Below, piece by piece: positions 35,817 to 44,077 of a DNA stretch of 64,000 nucleotides. The number at the start of each line of letters is the position of its first letter. Position 1 is the stretch's first letter. The stretch is taken from NCBI GenBank assembly GCA_902772845.1, contig CACYCI010000004.1, positions 908-64,907 on the forward strand, in the 5' to 3' direction. This DNA comes from an uncultured Ruminococcus sp. Lineage in GTDB: Bacteria > Bacillota > Clostridia > Oscillospirales > CAG-382. Below the pieces are notes generated by a model. That model saw only the letters and a list, made by a program, of their open reading frames with translations. It was not told the origin of the DNA and did no database searches. A program made the translations under genes and the position numbers.

Positions 35817-37556
35817 ATGGCATTTATAAACGTGCGGGATCTCCGCTTTAAATACAGAGAAGACCTGCCCACCGTTATCAACGGCGTTTCGTTGGAAATA
35901 GAAAAAGGCACCTTCACCGCGATAATCGGCCACAACGGCAGCGGCAAGTCCACGCTTGCAAAGCTGCTGTGCGGGATGCTCGCCCCTACCGAAGGGTACG
36001 TGGAGGTGGCCGGCATGCGCACCGACGACGAAGAACGCGAATACGACATACGCAAAAAGTGCGGCATGGTGTTTCAGAATCCGGATAACCAGATAGTAGC
36101 GTCGGTGGTGGAAGAAGACGTGGCTTTCGCCCCGGAAAATCTCGGCGTGCCTTCCGCAGAGATACGCGAGCGCGTGGATAACGTGCTTGCCGCCGTGGGC
36201 ATGACGGAATACGCAAAGCATTCCACCTACAAGCTTTCGGGCGGGCAGAAGCAGCGCGTGGCGATAGCCGGAATACTCGCAATGGAGCCCGAATGCATAA
36301 TATTCGACGAATCCACGTCTATGCTCGACCCTTCCGGCCAGCGCGACATCGTCGAGACCATGAAAAAGCTCAACCGCGAAAAAGGCATAACGGTAATTTC
36401 GATAACGCACCACATGAACGAAGCGATAGAAGCCGACCGCGTGCTGGTGATGAACGGCGGCAGGATAACCGCCGACGGCACTCCGGAGCAGGTGTTTTCG
36501 CAGGTGGAACGCGTGCTGGAAGCGCATCTTGCTGTCCCGCAGGTGACCGAGCTGATGTACAAGCTGGGCAAAGCGGGCAAGTGCACGCCGACTTCCGCGC
36601 TGCACGCCATGGAGGCCGCCGATATACTTGAACCGTTGATCTTGCGCACAGTGCCGGTGCCGGCGTCGGAAAAGTCCGCGGAGCAGGCCTGCGACGCGGC
36701 GCTGCGGCTCGAAAACGTGACCGTCCGCTACGGCGTTGGGACGCCGTTTGAAAAGGTCGCGCTCAAAAACATATCTCTTGAATTCCCCAAGGGGAAGATA
36801 ACGGGCATAATAGGCCACACGGGCAGCGGAAAATCCACGCTCGCCATGCTGCTGAACGGATTGCTGAAGCCCGAAGAAGGCAAGGTGTTCCTTGAAGGCG
36901 AAGACATTAATCAAAGCAAGCAGTTCACTAACAGCGTGCGCTTTAAGGTGGGGCTGGTGTTCCAATACCCCGAATATCAGCTTTTCGAAGACACGGTCCG
37001 TCGCGATATCGCGTTCGGCCCGCGCAACATGGGGCTTGAAGACGAAGCGATAAGCGAACGCGTTTCGCTCGCCGCGCGTTTTTGCGGGCTGGACGGCGCC
37101 GCGCTGGAAAGCTCTCCGTTCGAAATATCCGGCGGGCAGAAACGCCGCGCCGCCATAGCGGGCGTAATAGCCATGCGGCCACAGGTGCTCGTGCTCGACG
37201 AGCCGGCGGCGGGGCTGGATCCGCAGGGCAAGGAAGAGATATTCCGCGGCCTGCGCGAATACCGCGATTCCGAAGGCGCGACCATGCTGCTGATCAGCCA
37301 CAGCATGGAAGACATAGCCGAATACGCCGAAAACATAGTTGTGCTGAAAGAAGGCGAAGTCTTTATGCAGGGGACCCCGCAGGAGATATTCGCCAACGCC
37401 GAAAAGCTGTTTGCGGCTTCGCTTGACGTACCGCAGATTACGCGGCTGTTCCTGGAGCTTAAAAAGCGCGGCAAATGTGACCGCACCGATATCTACACAG
37501 TGGATTACGCGGTAAAAACGCTGCTGCCTTATGTGGGGCCGGAGGTGGAAGCATGA
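35817..37556 (+). CDS. Fused energy-coupling-factor transporter ATPase (EcfA1-EcfA2 in one polypeptide)
   Basis: ATG at 35817 follows AAAGGAA. It has two complete ABC cassettes (GHNGSGKST/LSGGQKQRVAIA and GHTGSGKST/ISGGQKRRAAIA). It is followed by ecfT and truA. Confidence 0.9.
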   Translation: MAFINVRDLRFKYREDLPTVINGVSLEIEKGTFTAIIGHNGSGKSTLAKLLCGMLAPTEGYVEVAGMRTDDEEREYDIRKKCGMVFQNPDNQIVASVVEEDVAFAPENLGVPSAEIRERVDNVLAAVGMTEYAKHSTYKLSGGQKQRVAIAGILAMEPECIIFDESTSMLDPSGQRDIVETMKKLNREKGITVISITHHMNEAIEADRVLVMNGGRITADGTPEQVFSQVERVLEAHLAVPQVTELMYKLGKAGKCTPTSALHAMEAADILEPLILRTVPVPASEKSAEQACDAALRLENVTVRYGVGTPFEKVALKNISLEFPKGKITGIIGHTGSGKSTLAMLLNGLLKPEEGKVFLEGEDINQSKQFTNSVRFKVGLVFQYPEYQLFEDTVRRDIAFGPRNMGLEDEAISERVSLAARFCGLDGAALESSPFEISGGQKRRAAIAGVIAMRPQVLVLDEPAAGLDPQGKEEIFRGLREYRDSEGATMLLISHSMEDIAEYAENIVVLKEGEVFMQGTPQEIFANAEKLFAASLDVPQITRLFLELKKRGKCDRTDIYTVDYAVKTLLPYVGPEVEA

Positions 37557-38365
37557 TAAAAGACATCACCGCCGGGCAGTTTTTCCCCGGAAATTCCCTG
37601 CTTCACAAGACAGACGCCCGCTTTAAGATAATAATATTGATAGTGTTCCTTGTCACCGCGCTTGCTTCGTCGTCGACCGCGGCGTTCGCGGCGGTACTCG
37701 CGGAAACGGTCATACTCGTGGCGATGTCGCGCATCAACTTAAAGGTGATACTGCGTTCGGTAAAGCCGCTGGCGTTCATACTTGCGTTCACCGCAATAAT
37801 AAACCTGTTTTTCGTAAAAGGCGAAACGCTGCTTGTGGAATGGAAGTTCATCCACATTTACAAAGAGGGCATAATAAATTCCGTCATGCTGATGATGCGG
37901 CTGATATGCCTTGTTATTGGGACTTCCGTGATACTCACCTACACCACGTCGCCGCTCGATATGACCGACGGGCTGGAACGCGTGCTTTCGCCGTTAAGGT
38001 TCATAGGCGTGCCGGTACACGATTTTTCCATGATACTGACCATAGCGCTCAGATTCATCCCCACGCTGGTGGAAGAGACCGAAAAAATAATTTCGGCGCA
38101 GAAATCGCGCGGCGTGTCGTTTGACACGGGCGGACTGATCAAGCGCGTAAAATCGCTTATACCGATTTTGGTGCCGCTGTTCTATTCCGCGGTCAGGCGC
38201 GCGCTGGAGCTGGCGGAAGCCATGGAATGCCGTCTTTACACCGGCGGAAAAGGCAGGACCCGCATGAAAGTGCTTCACTGCACCGCGTGGGACTTCATAT
38301 TCCTTTTCCTGATGACAGCATGCTGCGTGGGCGTATTCTTTTTGAACGGATATGAGATAATATAA
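37553..38365 (+). CDS. ecfT: Energy-coupling-factor transporter transmembrane subunit EcfT
   Basis: It is a polytopic membrane protein with the CbiQ/EcfT pattern (..ALRFIPTL.EE...I..AQKSRG). There is a 4-nt overlap with the ATPase gene. Confidence 0.9.
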   Translation: MIKDITAGQFFPGNSLLHKTDARFKIIILIVFLVTALASSSTAAFAAVLAETVILVAMSRINLKVILRSVKPLAFILAFTAIINLFFVKGETLLVEWKFIHIYKEGIINSVMLMMRLICLVIGTSVILTYTTSPLDMTDGLERVLSPLRFIGVPVHDFSMILTIALRFIPTLVEETEKIISAQKSRGVSFDTGGLIKRVKSLIPILVPLFYSAVRRALELAEAMECRLYTGGKGRTRMKVLHCTAWDFIFLFLMTACCVGVFFLNGYEII

Positions 38366-39093
38366 TGAAGACCGCTTTTATGATCGCATACAAAGGCACG
38401 CGCTACGCCGGATGGCAGGTGCAGGATAAATTCCCTTCGGTACAGAAGACGCTGCAAAACGCCATAGAAGATCTGCTTGGAAGGAGCGTAAAGCTTTCCG
38501 GCTGCAGCCGCACTGATTCCGGCGTGCACGCGCGTGAATACTGGTGCCACATAGATTCGCTCGCCGGCGTGCCGGACGAAAAGCTGCCGCTGGCGCTGAA
38601 TCTGCGGCTGCCGGACGATATTTCGGTACTGAAAGCCGTTACGGTGGACGATTCTTTCCATTCGCGCTATTCGGCAAAGGGCAAGCAATACGTCTACGTC
38701 ATACGCAATTCGTATATAAAAGATCCGTTTTCGCCCGATACGGCGTACCTTTACAAAAAGCCGCTGGACGCCGACGAGATAACGCGCATCGGGGCCGGGT
38801 ACCTTGGCACGCACGATTTCCGGTCGTTCATGGCGGCGCGCAGCAAGATAACGGACACGGTCCGCACCGTCACCGAATTCCGCGCCGAACGCGACGGCGA
38901 GTATATAAAGATCTACGTTTCGGCAAACGGGTTTTTATACAACATGGTAAGAATAATGGTCGGCACCGTGCTGGATATAATTTCCGGCAGGATACGCGTT
39001 GGCGTTGCCGAGATAATCGAACGAAAGGAACGCAAGGCGGCCGGGCGGACCGCGCCGGCGCAGGGGTTGTTCCTTAACAGGGTGTTTTACTGA
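38365..39093 (+). CDS. truA: tRNA pseudouridine(38-40) synthase
   Basis: The motifs ..IAYKGTRYAGWQVQ.. and the catalytic GCSRTDSGVHA are present. Confidence 0.93.
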   Translation: MKTAFMIAYKGTRYAGWQVQDKFPSVQKTLQNAIEDLLGRSVKLSGCSRTDSGVHAREYWCHIDSLAGVPDEKLPLALNLRLPDDISVLKAVTVDDSFHSRYSAKGKQYVYVIRNSYIKDPFSPDTAYLYKKPLDADEITRIGAGYLGTHDFRSFMAARSKITDTVRTVTEFRAERDGEYIKIYVSANGFLYNMVRIMVGTVLDIISGRIRVGVAEIIERKERKAAGRTAPAQGLFLNRVFY

Positions 39094-39095
39094 AT

Positions 39096-40343
39096 ATGGG
39101 TGCTTTTTCGATCTTTTCCAACAAAAAGAAGCGCGATCCTTCGTTTGAACTGCCCGAACCCGAGCTCAATTACTACGAGATCCTGGGCAGGCGGATGAAC
39201 AAGCTTAAATATATACTTTTGCTCGGACTGCTGTTTTTCGTCATAGGCGGGTTCACTTTTTACAGCGATCAGCTTAACGTGGAAAACTTCAGGTATCTGC
39301 TCAAATTCATGTCCATAGACATGGATACCGAGATCGCCGACGGCGCGCTCATCGAATTTGACGCTTCGCCCGGGACCCGCGCACTCACGGTCAGCGGCGA
39401 CCTTGTGATATGCGACAGCAACGGAGTGCAGATATTCGACAAGAGCGGCGAACGTTTTCTGCGAGACCGCGACTTTATGAACGACCCGATGTGCGTCGCC
39501 AGCGGGCATAATCTTTTGGTGTGCGACTGCGGATCTTCCACGCTGAACGCCTATACCGTTTACGCCCGGGTCTACACGCACAACGCCCGCTACCCCATTT
39601 ACGGGCTGTGCTCTTCCGCCGATACCGGCAGATACGCCATCCTTACGGCGGCGAAAGGCTACCGTTCGGGAATAGAAGTATACGACCCGGAATTCCGCAA
39701 GATATTCGACTTTTATTTCGCCGACAAATACGTTTCCGCAATAGATATATCGCGCGACGGCGCTTTTGCCGCCGCCTGCACGGTCAACAACACGCAGCAG
39801 GGCGATTATCTGAGCGAGCTTTACATTTTTGACGTTACGGACCCCAAAAACCACCGCATACACGAATTCCCCGGCGAGATCGCCTGGAAAGTGTTCTTCC
39901 GCGCCGACGGCGGATACGCGGTGCTCACCAACGGGGCGCTGCGGCTTTTCGGCGCCGAAGGCGACGAAAAAGCGTGCGTGACTTTCCGCAGCGATACGGT
40001 AAAGCGGTTTTGCTTTTCGCAGGAAGTCTGCGCGCTGGCTTTTCAGACAGAAGGGCTTTCCAACGGGACTACCGTGGTGTTTTACGACGAAAAGCTCGAA
40101 AAGCTTTCGACCGCGGAATACACCGGCGACGTGAGCCGCATAGACATTATAAACGGGAAAGCGTACATATATTCGGCGGGTACGCTTTACACGGTGGACG
40201 CCGCAAGCGGCAAAGAGACCGCGCGTGAAGACGCCGGACCGCTTTACGCGTGCGCCGTTGCGGAGCCGGATTCAAACATGATAATACTTATCTATCAGGG
40301 CAAAGCGGTGTTCCGTTCCGCCGGCGGCCGCGCTGCCGACTGA
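39096..40343 (+). CDS. Membrane-anchored beta-propeller-like protein (DUF5711-like; tentative)
   Basis: It has an N-terminal TM segment (YILLLGLLFFVIGGFTF) followed by a repetitive beta-rich ectodomain. No catalytic motif was recognised. Confidence 0.55.
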   Translation: MGAFSIFSNKKKRDPSFELPEPELNYYEILGRRMNKLKYILLLGLLFFVIGGFTFYSDQLNVENFRYLLKFMSIDMDTEIADGALIEFDASPGTRALTVSGDLVICDSNGVQIFDKSGERFLRDRDFMNDPMCVASGHNLLVCDCGSSTLNAYTVYARVYTHNARYPIYGLCSSADTGRYAILTAAKGYRSGIEVYDPEFRKIFDFYFADKYVSAIDISRDGAFAAACTVNNTQQGDYLSELYIFDVTDPKNHRIHEFPGEIAWKVFFRADGGYAVLTNGALRLFGAEGDEKACVTFRSDTVKRFCFSQEVCALAFQTEGLSNGTTVVFYDEKLEKLSTAEYTGDVSRIDIINGKAYIYSAGTLYTVDAASGKETAREDAGPLYACAVAEPDSNMIILIYQGKAVFRSAGGRAAD

Positions 40344-40367
40344 AAGTTTTTGACGGAGGTGTTTTGA

Positions 40368-41084
40368 ATGAGCGCAATTCTCGACGTGCTTGTTATCGCA
40401 ATAATCGTTATTACCGTATTCATGTGCGGAAAGCGCGGGTTTTTCAAGTCGCTGGTAAAGGTCGGCAGTCTGATAATAGCCATAGTTATGGTGGTGCTGT
40501 TTTTCGGCAAGCTGAAGACCGCCATGCTCGAAAGCAAGACCTGCGCCGGCGTTAAAGAAAAAATGAATTCCCGGCTCGCCGAGATAGTCTCTTCCGACGA
40601 AGAGACGTACGACCCCAACGAGGTCAAGGAATCGCCCAAGTTCATAGAGATCCTGCGTGTGCTCGGAGTGGATACCACCGATTTTGAACAGACCTGGTCA
40701 AAATGGCGCGACGAGCGTACGGACGAACTGCGCGAAAAGCTTGTGAATTTCGTTTCGGAACCGCTCATGGACATGATCGCCTCGGTGCTTTCGTTCATAG
40801 TGCTGTTCTTCGGCACGCTCATTGCCGTGCGGCTTCTGGGGTTCGTGCTGGATAAGATTTTCGTGCTTCCGGTGCTCAAACAGGCGAACACGCTGCTGGG
40901 GATCGTGCTCGGCGCGGTCATAGCGCTGCTGTACGTAAGCGCGTTCGTGTATATAGTCGACCGCGCTCTCCCGTATCTTCAAGCGCAGGGCTACGGATTT
41001 TTCATGCAGATAGATCCCGAAAAGACCTACGTTTTCAAGTGGTTCGCCAACCACGATATCATATCGCTCCTGCTGGGAAAATAA
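40368..41084 (+). CDS. CvpA-family membrane protein
   Basis: It shows the CvpA pattern: N-terminal TM pairs (ILDVLVIAIIVITVFMCGKRGFFKS..) and C-terminal TMs. Confidence 0.62.
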   Translation: MSAILDVLVIAIIVITVFMCGKRGFFKSLVKVGSLIIAIVMVVLFFGKLKTAMLESKTCAGVKEKMNSRLAEIVSSDEETYDPNEVKESPKFIEILRVLGVDTTDFEQTWSKWRDERTDELREKLVNFVSEPLMDMIASVLSFIVLFFGTLIAVRLLGFVLDKIFVLPVLKQANTLLGIVLGAVIALLYVSAFVYIVDRALPYLQAQGYGFFMQIDPEKTYVFKWFANHDIISLLLGK

Positions 41085-41116
41085 AAAGCGGGATATAATT
41101 ACAACGGAGATGACGT

Positions 41117-41707
41117 ATGAAACTCTTCAAGGCAAAAAACATTCCGAACATGCTTTCGATACTGCGGCTTCTGATGGTGCCGCTGTTCGTGTACCTGTTT
41201 TTTAAGGAATTTGACAAACACGAATATTTTGCGCTGGGGACTTTTCTGCTGGCGAGCGGCACGGACGTGCTGGACGGCTGGCTGGCGCGCCGCAACGGCT
41301 GGGTGAGCGACCTGGGCAAGATAATCGACCCCGCGGCGGATAAGCTTATGCAGTTTGCCGCCTGCGTTTCGCTTGCAATAAAGACGCGCTACGGCGTGAT
41401 TCTCGCCGCCGCGATATTCGTTAAGGATTTTTTGATGATGCTGGGCGGGATATACCTGGCCAAAAAGGGCGCGCGCAAGCTGGTGGTGGCAAAATGGTAC
41501 GGCAAGCTGAACACGGTCGTCCTGGCGCTGGCGGTGTGCCTGCTGATACTGTTCTATTACAACGACACGCTTGCGGCGGCGGTTACATACACCGCGCTCG
41601 CCATGATGCTGTTCACCTTTGTAATGTATTTCCGCAACGTATTCATAAAATTCGTCAATGATCCCGAAGCCGAAAGCTCCGGCAGCCAAGACGTCCGGAA
41701 CGGCTGA
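41117..41707 (+). CDS. pgsA: CDP-diacylglycerol--glycerol-3-phosphate 3-phosphatidyltransferase
   Basis: The CDP-alcohol phosphatidyltransferase motif is DVLDGWLARRNGWVSDLGKIIDPAADK. Confidence 0.88.
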   Translation: MKLFKAKNIPNMLSILRLLMVPLFVYLFFKEFDKHEYFALGTFLLASGTDVLDGWLARRNGWVSDLGKIIDPAADKLMQFAACVSLAIKTRYGVILAAAIFVKDFLMMLGGIYLAKKGARKLVVAKWYGKLNTVVLALAVCLLILFYYNDTLAAAVTYTALAMMLFTFVMYFRNVFIKFVNDPEAESSGSQDVRNG

Positions 41708-41751
41708 AACCGTATATACGACCCCTTTACACGAAAGGAACTTTTGCAATT

Positions 41752-44061
41752 ATGGAAAGAAAACTGTGTGACCGCTGCGGCAAGCGCGCCGCCGTGGTGT
41801 TCGTTACCCGCAAGAACGGCAGCGAAGTGAAAAACGAAGGCCTTTGCCTTCAGTGCGCGCACGAAATAGGTATAAAGCCCGAAAAAGATCTGCTTAGAAA
41901 AATGGGCATTACCGAAGAAGATTTCAAACGCATGGCGGACGAACTGAACGATATGCTCCCCATGCTTGCGGAAAACGACGACGACGGCGACGACGGCGAC
42001 GACGACGAAGGCCGCGCGCCCGCGCTGGACCTTTCCGCCATATTCGGCGAAAACAACCCCGCCGAAAGCGATACCGAAAGGACGCGTTCCGCCGCCCCCG
42101 GCAGAACGGACCGCAAAAAGAGCAAATACCTTGACAACTACTGCATCAACCTTACCGACAAGGCGCGTTCCGGCGGTCTGGACGCCGTTATAGGGCGCGA
42201 GACCGAGCTTGGCCGCGTTATGCAGATACTCTGCCGCAGGCAGAAAAACAACCCCTGCCTTATAGGCGAAGCCGGCGTGGGCAAGACCGCGGTGGCGGAG
42301 CTGCTGGCTCAGAAGATAGCGTCCGGCAGCGTGCCGTATAAGCTCCGCGACAAAGAAGTTTACCTTGTGGATATGACTTCGGTCGTGGCCGGCACGCAGT
42401 TCAGAGGTCAGTTCGAAAACCGCATGAAAGGCCTTATAGACGACGTCAAGCGGCTGGGCAACGTGATTCTTGTAATAGACGAGATCCATTCCATAGTCGG
42501 CGCCGGCGGCGCGGAAGGAAGTCTGAACGCCGCCAATATCCTTAAACCCGCGCTTTCACGCGGGGAGATCCAGCTTATAGGCGCGACGACGCTTGCCGAA
42601 TACCGCAAATATATAGAAAGCGACGCCGCGCTTGAACGCCGTTTCCAGCCGGTAACGGTAAACGAACCTTCCTTGGCGGATACCGAAGCGATACTGCGCG
42701 GTATAAAGGGCTATTACGAAAAATTCCATGGCGTAAAGATAAGCGACTCCATAATCCACGAGATCGTGCGGCTTTCCGAACGCTATATAACCGATCGCTT
42801 CCTGCCGGATAAGGCGATAGATCTGCTCGACGAGGCGGCTTCGCGCCTGGCGATGACTTCGCCCGTGATAAACGAGCTGCAAAGCGTCGCCGCGGAAATG
42901 AAAGGCCTGCAGGCGGCAATGGACGCCGCCGAAGCGAAAGAGGAAAAGGGCGAAGACGACTACCGCACCATAGCCGATTACAAGACACGGCTTATAAAAT
43001 GCGGCGGCAGGTTCGACGCGCTTTCCGCCGAACGCGACAAGCTGTATCTGACAGCCGAAGACCTTGCCAAGGTCATAGAGGTGTGGACCGGCATACCCGC
43101 TTCCGCCATAACCGAAAACGAATTCGCAAAAATAGACCGGCTCGAATCCGAGCTGAAAAAGCGCATCATAGGTCAGGACGAAGCGGTCGCCAAGCTCGCG
43201 CGGTCTATCAAACGCAACCGCGCCGGAATAGGCGAAAAGCGCAAGCCGGTATCGTTCATATTCGCCGGCAGCACCGGCGTGGGCAAGACAGAGCTTGTCA
43301 AAGTGCTGGCGAATTATCTGTTCGATACTCCCGACACGCTCATACGGCTCGACATGAGCGAATTCATGGAAAAGCACACGGTCTCGCGTCTGATAGGTTC
43401 GCCTCCCGGCTACGTGGGCTACGACGACGCCGGGCAGCTCACCGAAAAAATACGCCGCAAGCCGTACAGCGTGGTGCTGTTTGACGAAATAGAAAAGGCG
43501 CATCCGGACGTTTTGAACGTCCTGCTGCAGATACTCGACGACGGGCGCATCACCGATGCGCACGGCAAGGTATGCAACTTTGAAAACGCCGTTATAGTAA
43601 TGACAACGAACGCCGGCAGCCGCGATTATTCGCCCGCCGCGGGGTTCAACGCCACCGCGCGCGCCAATGACGAATCGAAAGTCCGCAGAGCGCTGGAAGA
43701 TTTTCTGCGCCCGGAATTCATCAACCGCGTGGACGATATTATCGTATTCAACCGCCTGAACGAGGAAAACTGCACCGATATAGCAATGATCATGCTTTCG
43801 GACCTTGCCAAAGCGCTTGAAGAAAAGGGCATAAAGCTCACTTTCACCCGCGCCGAAGCCGAGCTTATTGCCAAAAAGGGCTTTGACGAAAAATACGGCG
43901 CCCGCAATCTGCGCCGCGTTATCCAGACCGATATAGAAGACGTCGCCGCCGCGCGCATAATCGACAGCTACGGCGACCCCGTAAAAGAAATAATCCTGCG
44001 CGCGCCCGCCGGCGAAACGACCGCCTGCGTGGAATGCGTATTCGTCCATCAAAATCAGTAA
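41752..44061 (+). CDS. ClpC/ClpB-class double-AAA+ ATPase with an N-terminal C4 zinc-ribbon instead of Clp_N repeats
   Basis: It has two Walker A motifs (GEAGVGKTA, GSTGVGKTE) and a short middle domain. The N-terminus reads CDRCGK-x21-CLQC, followed by an acidic linker. Confidence 0.9.
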   Translation: MERKLCDRCGKRAAVVFVTRKNGSEVKNEGLCLQCAHEIGIKPEKDLLRKMGITEEDFKRMADELNDMLPMLAENDDDGDDGDDDEGRAPALDLSAIFGENNPAESDTERTRSAAPGRTDRKKSKYLDNYCINLTDKARSGGLDAVIGRETELGRVMQILCRRQKNNPCLIGEAGVGKTAVAELLAQKIASGSVPYKLRDKEVYLVDMTSVVAGTQFRGQFENRMKGLIDDVKRLGNVILVIDEIHSIVGAGGAEGSLNAANILKPALSRGEIQLIGATTLAEYRKYIESDAALERRFQPVTVNEPSLADTEAILRGIKGYYEKFHGVKISDSIIHEIVRLSERYITDRFLPDKAIDLLDEAASRLAMTSPVINELQSVAAEMKGLQAAMDAAEAKEEKGEDDYRTIADYKTRLIKCGGRFDALSAERDKLYLTAEDLAKVIEVWTGIPASAITENEFAKIDRLESELKKRIIGQDEAVAKLARSIKRNRAGIGEKRKPVSFIFAGSTGVGKTELVKVLANYLFDTPDTLIRLDMSEFMEKHTVSRLIGSPPGYVGYDDAGQLTEKIRRKPYSVVLFDEIEKAHPDVLNVLLQILDDGRITDAHGKVCNFENAVIVMTTNAGSRDYSPAAGFNATARANDESKVRRALEDFLRPEFINRVDDIIVFNRLNEENCTDIAMIMLSDLAKALEEKGIKLTFTRAEAELIAKKGFDEKYGARNLRRVIQTDIEDVAAARIIDSYGDPVKEIILRAPAGETTACVECVFVHQNQ

Positions 44062-44077
44062 ACCAAGGAACCGTAAT

